64,000 nt of DNA from Eledone cirrhosa (taxonomy: Eukaryota), in assembly GCA_964016885.1 (NCBI GenBank), contig OZ024742.1:175212001-175276000 (forward strand), given 5' to 3'. This document shows positions 36,757 to 51,374 of this stretch, piece by piece. The position numbers were made by a program, and so were the translations under genes. The notes beneath the pieces are model-generated. The model saw nothing but the letters and a program-made list of their open reading frames with translations. It did no database searches and had not been told where the DNA came from. The first letter of the stretch is position 1; each line of letters starts with the position of its first letter.

Positions 36757-39305
36757 ATAATATATAAGATCAAAAGATGGTTAAAAGAGTTCCATGTATT
36801 TTATTATGCGCATTTCAAAAATAAATATCATCATGCAATAACATTTGTGTTTTCATCAGATAAAATAGGAAGACATGATACGAAGGTTAAAAAACACTTG
36901 TGAATAGTGCGGTTTTAAATCAACATATGAAAAGTAGTTTTATATTGGGAAAAAAGATTTTTTGAGGGGGGGGGGGGTTGGAAAGGATTAAAAAGAGGAG
37001 GAGATGAGAGTAAAAAGTGGAGGGGGAGGAGTATAATGAGGAAGGATGAGATAGGAGTTGAGATGGGTGATAGAGAGAGAGAGATAGCTTTTATAACTGA
37101 GAAAAATATATTGTTTTACATAGAGAGGTTGAAAAACCGTTGGAAGATAATATATAAATTAAAAGAATTTGAAAATTAACGAAGAGAAAAATAATGTTAA
37201 GTTAAGGTTTGTATATTGAAAGGTTTAATAATATGTGCGATGAAATGAAATTGTTAATATGTATTAAGAATAATATTTAAGGGTTTAATAATATGTGCGA
37301 AGGAAAGAAAATGTTAATATGTATTAAGAATAATATTTAAGGGTTTAATAATATGTGCGATGGAAAGAAAATGTTGATATGTATTATTAAAAACAGCAAT
37401 AGTAATGTAAGTAAGGATATATTGTGAAAGAAGTAGAAGATAGGATGAATAAGTTAGATGAAAGGGAGAAAAAATAATGAATTGAGGATGAATATTCTTA
37501 CGTCAAAAAAATGTTTATGTTTACGAAGGATTTTTTTCAAGGTGATATAAAGTAAGAATATATTGTACTGTGTAATAATTGTTTCTATGTTAGGCACAAT
37601 GAGAAAAGGTACAGATTAGGGGTTAGAAATTAAAAGAAAAATGAAAAGAAAAGGAAAAGGAAGAAAGGGAAGTGATAAATAGGAGTGATATGGAATGAGT
37701 AACTAGTATTATATAATGTATAATAAATAACTTTGAAATAAGGTAGAAAGATGGGTATATTTTTAAAGAAGTATATATAAAAATAAGTGCCTTTGAGAAA
37801 AGGATTTTAAATTGATAAAGTATTAGATATTGGCTGTATACTTTATGGAATGTTCTGTGGAATTTATGCAAGCAGAGAGAAAACAAGTCAGTGCGTCTAT
37901 TTATTATAGAATCTAAATTAGATATAATGGTAAATTTTTCATTTAAACAGAGATTGCAAATCTTGGATAGAGAACTGTTCAAGTATGGAAAAGCAGAAGA
38001 AACCTTTTTCCAAGAGATGTTATATTTAATATTTTTGTCTTTCAAGGACCATATGAGTTCTGAGAGTGCCGTGTAGGTTCTTTTAAGTTGGTATTTAAAA
38101 GACGAATGATGATTATAAAGACGAGCTTTAATGGAGGTGGAAGTGGAGCCAAAATAGGTGAAGGAATTGGTGTCAGTTATAACTTTACATTCGTAGATTA
38201 AGTTTTTTTCAAGACAATGGTTGTTGAGAGGACATTTATTTTTAACAGGGCAATTGCAATTGCGATTAGAGATATTAGCAGAGTTATTAACGAGTGACCT
38301 AGTGTTATCTATAGAAGGAATTGGATTGGAGAAGTTATTTACGATAGGAATAATAGTTTCTTCATTTAGCGAAGTTGTGTTTGACGTTGTATTTGGGTTT
38401 GCAGAAATTAGCCTAGAGTTTACAATGACGTCGGGAGTACTATTACTATTATTATGATATTCAGTTTTGGAAGGAAGAGATTTAGTATTTAGTATTTTAT
38501 TGTTGTGTTTAAAGATAATGTTGGAAATGTTGGAGGAGGTCGAATAGGAAAATTTTATAGTGTGTTTGTTAAATATTTTACTATAGATATGTGAGGGAGG
38601 GAAGCATTTATTTAAGGCACTAAAGAATAATTTAGGAATATTATTATTAATAGAGATGGAGAAAGGAGCATTATACCAGATTATGTTTTTGTATCTAGGT
38701 CTTTTATTAAAGTTATTGGAATGATCATGATTAATTATTCTACTGTAAGATCTTCTAGAATTTGTTTCTTTACTATATTTGATTTTATCAGGATAGCCGG
38801 CTTTAGAAAGCGCGTTACTATAGTAATTGGCATTAGCATCAAAGATGTTTTTATTAGAAGATAGGTTAGATATTCTTTTTCCAATATACTATAGCATTCT
38901 TAATATTAGTGGGGTGGTTAGATTTAAAATTAACATAATTTAGGTTCTCATTGTTTTTATGGTAAGGGTAATATAGGCCAGTGTCAAGATTAAGAGATAC
39001 ATCCAAGAAATTAGCTAGTTTGATGCTGTTATCAAATTCAATTTTTAAGTTATGTTGGTTAAAGAGATTACGTATATTGTTATTAATAATATTAAGGTTA
39101 ACTATGTTGCAATTTAAGATAGTAAAGAGTCCATCGTCACGATAAATTCCACCGCGAAGTTGAGGAATTTTCCGACTCAAAGAGTTCAAAATAAAGATAC
39201 CAAATAAATCTGTCAATTGGGATGAATCGGATGCTCCCATTGTGATGTCGAAGTTGTTATAGGTATCAGCTCTGGTCCAATATTCATTGTTGAACTCTAG
39301 GATGG
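36757..39305 (-). mobile_element. 5'-truncated Penelope-like element (RT C-half + GIY-YIG endonuclease + 3' pseudo-LTR)
   Basis: RT motifs FDITMGASDSSQLTDLFG, GGIYRDDGL, NFLDVSLNL, YVNFKSNHP. Linker CNCPVKNKCPLNNHC. GIY-YIG-type LIYECKV...TYFGST...RLYNH...TALSELIW...CNLCLNEK. Frameshift near 38885; 3 x 60-bp tandem repeat at ~37220-37390; hammerhead near 3' end. Confidence 0.92.
36797..36867 (-). ncRNA. Minimal type I hammerhead ribozyme in PLE 3' end
   Basis: Minus strand reads TATTTTAT-CTGATGA-AAACACAAAT...ATTTATTTTT-GAAA-TGCGCA-TA-ATAAAATA. Perfect 8-bp stem I, intact core, AU-rich stem II, palindromic stem III, sense to the PLE ORF. Confidence 0.85.
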
Positions 39306-39871
39306 TTATATATATTTATATATATATATATATATATATCCATCCACACACATATAAACACACTCACACAAGCTCATACATATTAACTTTCACCCTCTCT
39401 CTCTCACACACATACACACATTTTATTGTTGCTGGTCAATGACCATTAAACTAGCCAACATCTCTATTTTTTTCTGTCTGTTTGGTGAGATGACAGCTTT
39501 GATTGGAGAAAACTCGTCTGATTTCTGGACATGTAAACATTGAATGATTGAAGTGGAGAGAGAGAGTGAAGGAGTGAGACAGGGAGACAAAGAGGGGAAG
39601 TAGAAGAGAGAGACTGAGAAGAGAGAGATTACACACACATGCTTGGACATACACATCTTTAACACACAGATGTTCATATACACAGATACACATATATAAT
39701 CTCACATTCATTCATATATATATGCACACTTATCTATATACATACACACATGTTCATACAAATCCACACATGCTATATACTCATACATCCATAGGTTCAT
39801 AGGTTCATGTGTACACATACATGCACTTGCATACATACATATATGTACACACACATAGATAAAAGCATTAT

Positions 39872-40052
39872 ATTGGCAGTATCGGTAGAGGGTTGGACGC
39901 CATGCTTTCTAGCATAGTTACGTCCCTTTACAGTCTGAGTTCAAATCCCGCCGAGGTTAACTTTGCCTTTCATCCTTACGGGGTCGATGAAATAAAGTAC
40001 CAGTAATGTACTGGGTAATTGCTGGCCTTGTGCCTAAAGTAGAAACAATTAT
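39872..40052 (+). mobile_element. SINE family B copy
   Basis: Near-identical to 29150-29333. Confidence 0.88.
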
Positions 40053-40877
40053 TGTATGTAACTTAGTCAAATTTGAATAATTTCCATCTATTCTTCTCTG
40101 TCTTGTAATTAAATGAATTATTTTTGTTTTTTTATTTTGTTCTAGTGAGGTTATTTGTTGGTTATTTGTCTGTGTCCTAACTGTCAAATAGCTCAGTTTT
40201 GGAACTATGAGATACTGAGTTCGATCCCAGTGTGTGACATCTTGTGCAAGTGTTGTTTACCATAGACTGAGGTCACCCCATACTTTGTGAATGAAACTGG
40301 GTACATTGAAACTATCTGGAAGACTGTCAGATCGACTGTGCCAGTAATTCAAATATTCAGCTTTGTCAAACAATATAACATGCAAAATTTACAAGAGAAT
40401 TATGTTAAAATTACATTAATTCTAATCTATAATCTATCTGTTCCATTAATAGAAAACTCGGAGCACTCATTGTCAAAACTGGCAAAGCTTCATTCCAAAT
40501 TGAAATTCAGTTTGAATTATCCATGAAAATGCTTCTGCGGTCTTCTTTACAGGGTGCATCCCCAACACCGCTGTGCCCTAAGTCTAAAGCCCATCACCCT
40601 CCCCTTTCTCTCTTCCATTCTTCTGTGACCCCAGAGCCCTTGACCTTCCCTTCATTTTCCGTTTTTAAATATCTGTAGTTTTCTTGCCATTTGAAATAAA
40701 TTTGTTTATGATTATTTTATATTTTTAATAATAAAACATTTTATATTTTGAAAAAAAAAAATCAACCCTTATGTTACTATAGTCATATATGTTTGAATTA
40801 TCATCTCACATCATGATGAAGATGGGGCTGAGGCTGGTGATGGTGATAATCACTACCATTACCATTCTTTCACCATA

Positions 40878-41065
40878 TTGGCAGTATCAGTAGAGGATTA
40901 GACGCCATGCTTTGAAGTATAGAGTTACGTCCCTTTACGGTCTGGGTTCAAATCCTGCCGAGGTTAACTTTGTCTTTCATCCTTACAGGGTCAATAAAAT
41001 AAAGTACCAGTAATGCACTGGGATAATTGGTGGCCTTGTGCCAAATATAGAAACAATTATTATTA
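40878..41065 (+). mobile_element. SINE family B copy
   Basis: Same consensus, slightly diverged, (ATT)n tail. Confidence 0.85.
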
Positions 41066-42382
41066 TACATCTGCTTTTCATGATTTCATGGTTTGGATGT
41101 GTTGTCATGGTGTAAGTGAGTTACTATTTTCCTAATGGGCCTAGAAAACAGTTGTTTGCTCTAAATATTGCCACGATTTCTACAGCTTGATGCCCTTCCG
41201 ATTACTTACGATTTTACAGAGTGTACTGGGTGAATTTTATTTTGGTACCAGCACTGTCTTGGTACTGTCTGTGCAGTATGGTCAAATTATAAAGAAGTTT
41301 GTTTCACAATAATTCTGTCCTGGGTTGAAGTCCATTGTATGACATCTTGGGCAAGTATCATTTTACCATAGTCTTGGGTTGACTCATGCATCATGAGAGA
41401 AATTGGGTGAACAAAAATTCTTTAGTTGCCCATTAGATGGACTGTAGCTGAAATTCAAAAGGCAGGCCTTGTCACTGTGCCATGCTGCCAGTTCTTTAGA
41501 AGTACAGTAAGGATATACATGTCTGTGGAATGATCAGTCATTTATATATTAATTTCATGAACAACTGGAACACTCAGTGTCAAAACGAATGGAATTCCAT
41601 TTCATCATGATCCCCTCAACCACCCACCCTAGTCCTTCTTCTCATCCTGTTAGTCATGTTGTCTTGAACGAATGGAGACATTGTAGGACACTGAGTAACC
41701 TTTATTCTTACTGAAGCCACACTAGTGTTGGTATCATGATAAATTAAACCCTGTACACTCTGTACAGTGGCCACTGCTGTTATCTATTATACTGGTACCC
41801 TTCATTAAGCCTTTCCTTAGTTTATTTCTAGACTGCTTATCATTTTCAAGATTTAGTAATATTTTGTTTTTAAGTTTATATTAAGGGTGATGGATTGTCA
41901 AAATTATTATTGCATCAGATGAAATGCATTGTGGTATCTCATTATGGCCATCTACATTCTAGTTTCAAAGCTTGCCATGGTCAACATTGCTTTTCAGCCT
42001 TCTGCAGTAAGGTACTGGAGTCGATAAATGACTTTCCTCCCACGAAAATGTCTGGCCTTGTGCCTGAATTAGAAATCATTATTAAGCTGATGTCGGAAAT
42101 ATAATTTAACAAAATTACTTACATGAAATGATGATGAAAGATTTTCAAATAAATTTAAACATTTTAAAATAAACAGCTTTGCAGTGTAAAACCAGGAGTA
42201 GTTTCAGGTGGTTTGCTATAAAAAGGTTACATTATGGTATTAAAACCTGCTTACATGACTGAAACAGTTGGAATAACACCATAAAGCAAATATATAGTTT
42301 TTTAATCCCTTCTAGCTGGAGATTAATGTACTTTTATTTTAACTTGAGTAGAGAATATTCATATTTTCATAGAAGTATCATG

Positions 42383-42633
42383 ACTAGGCATGTGGTAAGA
42401 ATGTCTCAGGAAATAATTGCTGGATAGATTTTATGGGCAAAACCAACCAGCAGAAGACGCAGGGGTAGACCCCAAGCAATATGGTTGAATAACATCTATG
42501 AGATTGGCTGGTCTCGCTTGGGGATCCAGCCAGATCATTTGGAGATGGTTGCTTCTGACAGGACCTGTTAGAAGGAGAGTTTGAGGATTTGCCTCCATGA
42601 CCCTCTTAAGAATAAGGGGATAAAGAAGAAGAA
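42383..42633 (+). mobile_element. 3' fragment of a different RTE family (Expander/Rex3-like) with 12-bp TSD
   Basis: GHVVRMSQE...ILWAKPTSRRRRGRP..WL...WSRLGI...VASDR; (GAA)n tail; TSD AGAAGTATCATG at 42371-42382 and 42634-42645. Confidence 0.8.
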
Positions 42634-44012
42634 AGAAGTATCATGGCCATAAGAGAATCGTGTTATAATAAATTCCTTCATCATCATCATATGATATTGA
42701 TTTCTAATTTAGACACAAGGCTAACTATATGTACATGACGGGTACTTTATTTTATCAATTAAAGGTAAAGTTGACCTCCGAATGCAAAGGGCTATAACTA
42801 AATAGTGCAAAGCATTTTGTCTCACACTCTAATGATTCTACCAATTCACTGCCCTAATAATAATAATAATTTCATGTTTTAATACCAACTCAACTGAAAC
42901 CACCTCTGGTTCAGTGATAAAACTGCCCATTTTATAGTCTTTATGTCTAAATTAAAGCCTTCATATCCATCATTTTTAAGTAAACAACTTTTTCATCATG
43001 TTCTAAACTCCAACTTAATGAAAAGGTTATTTTACTAAAACCTTCCATATTTAATTGAAACATATTCAATGTATTTTGTGAAAAATATGGTCACAAAAAG
43101 GTTAATGCTATTCACAGTTTTATGTACGATATTGTATATATGTTTGTTTCTTCATCAGAGTCATAAAAGACATTATAGACTAACTGAGCATATTTACTTT
43201 TTCAATGGAAGATTATCTACAAGATATAAAAACTGAAGATATGCCACCTCAACACCATAAAATAATATTATCACTAAATATAAATTACAGTGTTCTTTAA
43301 CAGTGAAATTACATCTTATATTTGTTCTAGCTTGAAAAGATTGTGAAATAGCAGAGTTGTTAGAGTTTTGGATTAAATGTTGTGCTGTTTGTCCCAGCTA
43401 TCTGTGTTCTGAGTTCAAATCCCACAATTCCAAATTTTCATTTCGTCCTACTGGCTGATAAATAAGAACTAACATTTTGTCAGAAGGTGATCGACAAAAT
43501 TCGGAAGGAAACTTCTTGGTCCACAAATACAAATATAATTTTTTTATATTTTGATGCAACATAAACATTTAAGATTAACTCGTAACTTCCTATACACATG
43601 AACTTGCTTTATTATTGAAAAGTATAAAATAACATAAATGCATCACATTAAAAATGAAAAACAGCTTAGTTTACTCCAAAGTTTCACAATTATGTGTCCA
43701 CTAGTAAAGATATTATAACTATCGGAAATAACAAACCCAATTTTAGCTATTTTGTTTTCTGGCCTTTTGGTTCCCTGATCACTACAATTTGCAAAAGTTC
43801 AAAACCAACCTCAATCCTCATCAACTCTTACCTAGAATTATGTCCTCACACTTGCAATTTAGTGACTTTATTGTCTTGCTTGCAAAAATAAAAAAAATCA
43901 CAACAGGATGCTAAAGATTAAAATATTAACCACTCATGTATAATAAAATATGTGTACATTTACTTTGAATTGACTTAGATTTTATATTGTCTTATGTAAA
44001 AATAGTAGTAAC

Positions 44013-44095
44013 TTATTTGGTCTTATGAAATTGTCTGTGAGCTGCAAACAATTTGGTATGGATGACTGGGGGATCATCGGGACCATCTGGACCAT
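44013..44095 (-). CDS. Candidate phase-1 terminal exon of an unidentified host gene
   Basis: Strong acceptor TGTCATTTTGTTTTCAG followed by a GC-richer open frame (x)GPDGPDDPPVIHTKLFAAHRQFHKTK*. No partner exon identified. Confidence 0.3.
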
Positions 44096-46809
44096 CTGAA
44101 AACAAAATGACATATAGTTGATTAGCAAACATTATAAAAACATTATCCTACCATAGTATAGTCATATCCTTTTCTTTTTCTCGCTCCCCCCACCTCTCTA
44201 TCTATCTATCTGTCTCTATTACAAACTCTGGCTTTATTTGTAATCCATCTACCACTCTCTACTCCTGCTACATTTCTTTACTGTGTTTCAATCACCAGCT
44301 TTTTCCATTCCAATCAATCTTTCTCCATATGATTGCAACTCTCTAATCTATCTTCCCAACACATACATATTAACTTGCAGCAATTGAAGGTGAACTTTAA
44401 CTCTATTATTCATGCAAGTCCACTGAAGGACTGTAAAAGATGTGGATGACACTGCCCCTTTCCCCCAGAAAAATAAATATAATTAACAATAACCAGTACA
44501 AAGACAACCAATACTAAGAATTCTCAGAAAGCTAAGTGTGAATGAATTAACAATAGATTTAAAACTACGTGTTTTATAACAGACTTATGCAATATGTAGT
44601 TTGAAGATCTTATTTTCAAAACAGAAAAGATTGGAATAAATTTTCGTAATCAAGAATAATAATCATTTGAAAGTTAATAATTGGAAAATGAAAGAAGAAA
44701 TATAAGTATGGTATTTCATTTATAAACTAGAGACTATCCTGTGGTGAAATAAGCTAATTATTATGAAAGGCTAGCACAGTAAAGATGTAAAATATATGTA
44801 GATTTGTATAAGTAATAATTCCATATTGAATGTCTGAATAAGATAGATAATTAAGAACTCTAATGAAATATTCCTCTATTGATATATCATGCTGTTCCCA
44901 TAATGTCATTTTAAGTTAATTAAAAGTTATAAAGCTATTGAGCTAATGTTTATTTGTGTTAGTATCTTTATTGCAATGCAAGAAATATGTGAGCATTAAT
45001 ATCCAGGAACGTCAGAAGTAACTGAATGTCAAAATGAAGATATATTGTTTAGTTATATTGTAAGTTTTCTATTAGAATTGATTAGCATTCACATGTACAA
45101 AGATAAAGATTCTATATTTGATAATAATCTATTTCTTTGTAAGGAAAGTATGTTTTAGTTTTAGTGAAACATTTTTGTTGGTATGTTTAGCCATAAATAG
45201 CACATTTTGACAGCTCACTATATCAACGAAATACAAGATCTTTAACTGATAGAAGAAAAGATCTTTGAAATTATTTTTTACTATCTTCAAGATTATATGT
45301 AAGAATATTTTAACTCTGTAATTTAAATCTATTTCATTAGGAAAAAAATATAGAAAAAACACCATACATATGTTTCGTTTGCACATGATAGAGTTCAATT
45401 TTCTGTTATCTTTATTTTGTCATTTAATATATAAATGGTCTTAAAGAGCCATACTTCTTTTGCCTTAAAAAACATGCAGAGCAAATACTCTTTAAAAAAC
45501 AACATTCTCCAATACTAAATAGTACAATTACGTTGGATATATTTTGTTTTTATCAAATATCTTCACATTATCTGCTTTGTCATTTTACATTCTTAAACTT
45601 AAAATTTACATGTCAGGAACAGAAACATGTGACATTAAAAGAAGAGAATTTTAGATAAAAAGTAAATTATTAGTTTTAGATCGGTTTGTTATTTTTTTGT
45701 CTACAAACAAATATTCATATTTAAAAATGCTAAAATATTCCAGTCTGTACTTGTCTGTTTTTCTTCAATATGGAAACATTTCTTTTACTATAACTATCTA
45801 TTATTTATCTGTATGTGAGTCTCAATATAAACTTTTAAAGAATAAGAGCAATATATTCTTTAAAATATTTTTGTTTACTTACAAAACTTTGAATCTCTAT
45901 ATGTGTGTGTTTTGATGTGAGTCACCATATGTGTGTGTCTGGGTGTGAATCTCTGTATGTGTATATTTGGATGTGAATTTCTATATGTGTGTGCGTGTTT
46001 GGATGTGAATGCATGTATATACATACAATATCACTCTCTTTTATACTCCTTTGTATTTTTATAAAGCTACTCTGAATAGATGTCAATCATTTCCAAACAA
46101 CTATATTAACCAGTACTATTTATTTCTCTTACTGTAATTGCTTGCTTTTTCTTGACATTTTTTGTGTGTGTGTGTGTGGGGGGGTTTCTATTTCATACAT
46201 CTGCTATTTTATTATGTATTGAACTCTATTTTGAGGTTATATTATTTCATTATATTTGTTATTCACTTGGCAAAATTATTTAGTGTGAATCTCTTGAAAT
46301 AGTTCAATTGTACACTATTCACCAGGCTGAATAGAAAAATATTTACAAGAACATATCTTGCCTGTGTTTTTACAAAATATATGTTCATAAATATACATTC
46401 TTCAAAATATGGCACAGGTTAAGCAGCAATTACATTTACAAAAATGTTTATATGGTGTAAGTTAATCAAAAATCTACATTTACAAAATAGATGTTAATTA
46501 GTATAGGTTCTTCGAAATGAGGTGTAGGTTAAGTAAAAATCTACATTTACCAAATAAGTGTTTATCATCATCGTCATCATCATCATCATCATCTCTGTTT
46601 AACATCCATTTATCCATGGTAGCATGGGTTAGATAAGTTAACCTGTTGTGAGCAATGCCAAGTCAGGTGACCATGTCTCGTCAACACATAACTGATTTGG
46701 GCTTGGTTTCTACAGCTGGATGCCCTTCCTAATGCCAACCTCATTTTCAATGAGTACAGGGTGCTTTTTGTCAAGACATCTACACATACGGCCATATATA
46801 TATATATAT

Positions 46810-46887
<78 letters not shown>

Positions 46888-48859
46888 TTAAAAGTATATG
46901 TTCTTTGAAATGTGGTGTAGGTTAAGAAAAATCTTCATTGACAGAATAATTGCTTTGTATTGATGCCTGCAGACAATTTGATAAAGTGGTTAACATTAGG
47001 GAGGGTATCCAGCTGTAGAAACTATGCCAAATATGAAAAATATCAACTAGATGTGGCCTTCTAGCCAGTCAAGTCTCTTGTGAGCCATTAATCAACAAAA
47101 ACAAAAACATGAGGGTATTGTTTGAGATTGATTTGGCTGCTCTTTCTAGCAGGTCAAGTCACCACATCAAGGCTCCTTTATAATGCCATAAACATTGTAG
47201 CTAATATAAAATAGAAAGGAACCTTTTGTCATGTGAATATTACTTGTTTTGGTTGGGACCTGTGCTTCACCAACTGTTTTTGGTGTAGAAGTGCTAGGAT
47301 ATAACATACATAACAGAATTTAAAACCTTAACCTTTTATGTTAGAATTTACCTCAGAAGGTCCATCTTCATCATCAACATCACCACCAGTTAGAATGGGT
47401 TAGATAAGTTGCTATGTTATGAGCCTAGTTAGGTCAAGTGACCATATCTTGCTCATATGGGTGTTATTTGTTTTTGTTTGGTTGGGTTAACTCCAACTGC
47501 ATGAATTGGGTGCTTTAAACCAGGGTACCAGAATAACCACCTACCAGTGTGGACGGGGTGCTTTTTCATAATTGTACAAGCATGTCCACCTATCAGGAAG
47601 AATTGGGTGCTTTTCACCATGGTACCAGGACAACCACCTAACAGAGTGGACTGGGTATTTTTTTTATCATGTCTGCTTTGCTTGTGATAAATTAGCTGAC
47701 ATCTTGATCATAGATTATATAAATTTATTGTAGAGATCTTCTATTCCACCATTGTTGTAAAGGGTGGTAAGAAAAAGACATACTGAAAATTTTGATTGCA
47801 CTCCAAGCATTAAAAATAAAACATTTATGTTAAACATTATAAATTATCTAAGTCTTTGGACATTTAAAATTTAAGAATGTTAGAATCCCATTCACAGAAA
47901 ATAACTATAACAATAATTGATCTCTATAATTAATAATAGCTGAGAGAATCTCTATCCACTTTTTTCTATCTCTAGCATAATTTTTACTCCTAATGCCCTC
48001 AGCTATTGTCTCTAGCAATTTGACATTGTCACCTTTTCAAATCGTCATGTCAGAATTTACTATAGAAGACTGTATATGGTTAATGAGCTTACATCTTGTT
48101 TAAGAATTCAATGAAACTATTTTACAGATTTTGTATCCAAATTCTTAAATATCTGACCAGTTGATTTCCTGAAGCAATCTTATCTTAACACATTTCTAAT
48201 CTATCAGAATGTACTAAATGTTTCAGTTCTGTTATTTCTACTCAAGTCTGCAAAGCTACAGTGAAATACTTCAGTCCATATATTTTACTTTGAAGAACTA
48301 GTACTATACGTATTGTACTATTATTTATTGTTATTTTATTTGTACCTATGAATGTAAGACTTTATATATCTCTGAGCACTTTATACAGATTCCTACTTCA
48401 TTACTTTTCTATTGTATTTTCATTTTCATATGTCATTTCATTGTTTGGTTTTGTTGAAGTGAGTAATATTTTGAAGAGATCTATTCAGATTAGGTTGAAA
48501 TTTTTTGGTGAAATCTAACATTCTGTTTCTGATTTTTATCCACATTTTTGGTGTTTTAGAGTTTTTTTTTGTGACAAAATACCAATTAGTTATTACCATA
48601 AACAACCATTATTCAATGAATAATATATCATAACTGATATTAAATAGTGTATTTAGTGATGATAGATGAAGTGGAACATCATAAGATAGAAAAACCACAT
48701 AACAGAAATACACTATGTAAATGATTTGTAACTACTTTTATCCTTCTACTGATTTCAATCATTTAAGTGAAGATGAAGTTATTTTGGAACATCACTTTCT
48801 ATGGATTTTAGTTGGTTGCATCAATCACAGCTATTATGTTAATATGGGATTTGATTTAT

Positions 48860-49048
48860 TATTCTATAACATCTGATGAGTCAGTGTTGTTGTATGGATC
48901 AGATACATGGACCCTGACACAAGTACCTGAGAAGAAACTAGATGGTCAGTACACTAAAATACTTACGGTTGTACAAAACAAAAAGTTGCATCAACGTATT
49001 ACAAATGAAAGTTTATATGGAAACATGCCCAAGATAATGAAACGTTGA
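48860..49048 (+). mobile_element. RTE-type LINE fragment
   Basis: ESVLLYGSDTWTLT...EKKLDGQYTKIL...ITNESLYGNMPKI, typical post-RT RTE region. Confidence 0.75.
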
Positions 49049-49169
49049 GTTCTTTATTGGGACAGGCTAAAGCTAAAGCATTTGAAATTCCCTGTGAAAG
49101 ATTAAATTAGAAAGGTGGACTAACAATTTTGATTAAAGGTTTGGACGAACTGTACTTGAGACATAAGGT

Positions 49170-50330
49170 TGATTTGTCATATTCAGCTTTCCAAGAGTTT
49201 GACATTTTTTTCCAAAACAGGGAAAATAACTATGGTTGAGTTTATTATCGAGTATCAGAGACATTTTAGACAATGTAAGTAATATGAAATTGGCGTAACC
49301 AGATGTGGTATTATCACTCAAATTGCTTGATAGTTCAAGTTTATCACAGAAAGAAAAGGAACTTGTGTTAACTGCAGCACAGGAAAAAATATTTGATTCT
49401 ATAGAGTCTTCAAAGAATATTTGGAGGTCAAAATGAACAAGAATTAGAATTCTACACTGGAAATAGTACATTTGAACAGAGACAGAACAAAGTTCAGCAT
49501 TTACATGAGTAAGAAGGAGTAGTAGATCAAGGTATAACTATCAGACTGAGAGGGAAATAATCCCATGAATACATTTGTTAAAAGAAGTTGCTGCTGCGCT
49601 ATATGTCAATCAACTTTTCACTGGGCAAAAGAATGTCCTCACAAGGATCACCATTGTTTCACCAGCTGCATACGTATGTTCTTTGAATTCCAACAAATAA
49701 GTAACACTTTACTACCAAGTTTCCAGTGAGAAAGATCATATGCCTTCCTTATGTAGCTCCAGCAAATAGATTCCTGAAAGAGGCATCACTCTAGACTACA
49801 AAAGAAGTTTCTGTTCCTACATTCTGAAATTTCAGACACATCTTTTCAGATTTTAATTTTCTGATGACCTTGTAAGCTGCAACAACATGTTTTATTTTAG
49901 TATTTTTAACACTAGTTGCAAGCTTATATGCATCAAAGATAACACCTGGTCTACTTTGCTTTGTTACCCATAATATCTGACCAATCTTTGATCTCAAAGA
50001 CAGCTCTTCAATATCCTTCAATGGGTCATCTTTCATTGATGATCTTGTCTTATAAATATTGATGAAACTTATATTGTCAATATATCTTTGTTGTGTTATT
50101 GTGATTTTTCCATCATTATGTTCATGTTCTATGCCCAGATACTGATATCTGTCTATACCTGCACTGATAGGTGAAATGAAATATACATTATCACAGAAGT
50201 TGTAGACTCAGATATTACATTCTTACTTGGAAAAACCTTTTCTTAAGAAGGCTAAAACTGTTTTTGATTTAACAAATGACCAGGTGATGAGGTTTGACAA
50301 ACCTGTAGTTCTTGATTTGACTGCCAGTCT
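49170..50330. mobile_element. Rearranged Ty1/Copia (GalEa-like) LTR retrotransposon remnant
   Basis: Plus strand gag-like (EFIIEY...PDVVLSLKLLDSSSLSQKEKELVLT; CAICQSTFHWAKECP knuckle) at ~49200-49645. Minus strand RT/RNaseH-like (LRSKIGQILWVTKQSRP...SDASFRNL) at ~49660-50150. Plus strand protease C-terminal part (TEVVDSDI.FLLGK...VFDLTND) at ~50170-50330. Confidence 0.7.
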
Positions 50331-50903
50331 ACCACTGATAGGTCAACAGACTAACAGATTCCATCACATGATACAGATTTCACTTTAACTCCATCACCAA
50401 ATTAAGCAGACAACATACAGCATTTTTGTGCATCACAAACTGTCACACCTTGTATGATGCAGTGCACTCTAATAAATCAGTCCCTGAGAAGAGATTGTGA
50501 CTGGAGATCAGTGGAATCAAGGAAATGGAGGAGAATGGACCTGTCCAAACTGTTTAGTGGATAAACACAGAATAATAGTGAGCAGACTGTTTGACAAAAA
50601 CTTGGGCTTCACCAATGAGACTATTGAAAGTTCCTGAACAAGGGATCTTGTAGAGTTTAAAGAACTGTTTTAGAGTTTGTTTTTTTTCGTATTTTCATTT
50701 TGGAAGTTAATAGTTTCTGTTGATATACACACAGGACCTCCAAGAGAAATTTTGCAAGGTAGTACAAGATGAGGTAAAGATTCTTTTAAAAATGGATGTT
50801 GCATGGTTGCTGTAGGGCTTTGTTAGCTCTTGGGCCCTGGAACAAAGTAGTGGCTGAACATCCTTTTTATAGGCCCTGCATACATATAGGTTTTAATAAT
50901 AAT

Positions 50904-51090
50904 TGTTTCTATTTTAGGCACAAGACCAGCAATTACCCAGTACACTACTGGTACTTTATTTTATCGACCCCGTAAGGATGAAAGGCAAAGTTAACCTCGG
51001 CCGGATTTGAACTCAGATCGTAAAGGGACGTAACTATGCTGGAAAGCATGTCCGACGCTCTACCGATACTGCCAAATCACCGCCCTAAAT
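50904..51090 (-). mobile_element. SINE family B, 14-bp TSD
   Basis: TSD GTTTTAATAATAAT at 50890-50903 and 51091-51104. Confidence 0.9.
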
Positions 51091-51374
51091 GTTTTAATAA
51101 TAATGAAACTTTCAAAGAAGGGTTAGATTGTTAACATGGTATAACATGTCAGTTGGACTTGCACATTATGATGTTTTGAAGGAAGTGATAACTAGACATT
51201 ATTGTAGTTGCACACGTGCAGTTTATAAAGGATGGGGGTTACCAGATGTTTTGACTCTTTGTGATATAAAATGGGAGTTGGATTATACACAGCAAAATAT
51301 TATGTAGTAATATTTTCAACTACAATTGCTCAAAGACAGTTATAATTTGCAGGACATTACTGAAGAAGTAAACA

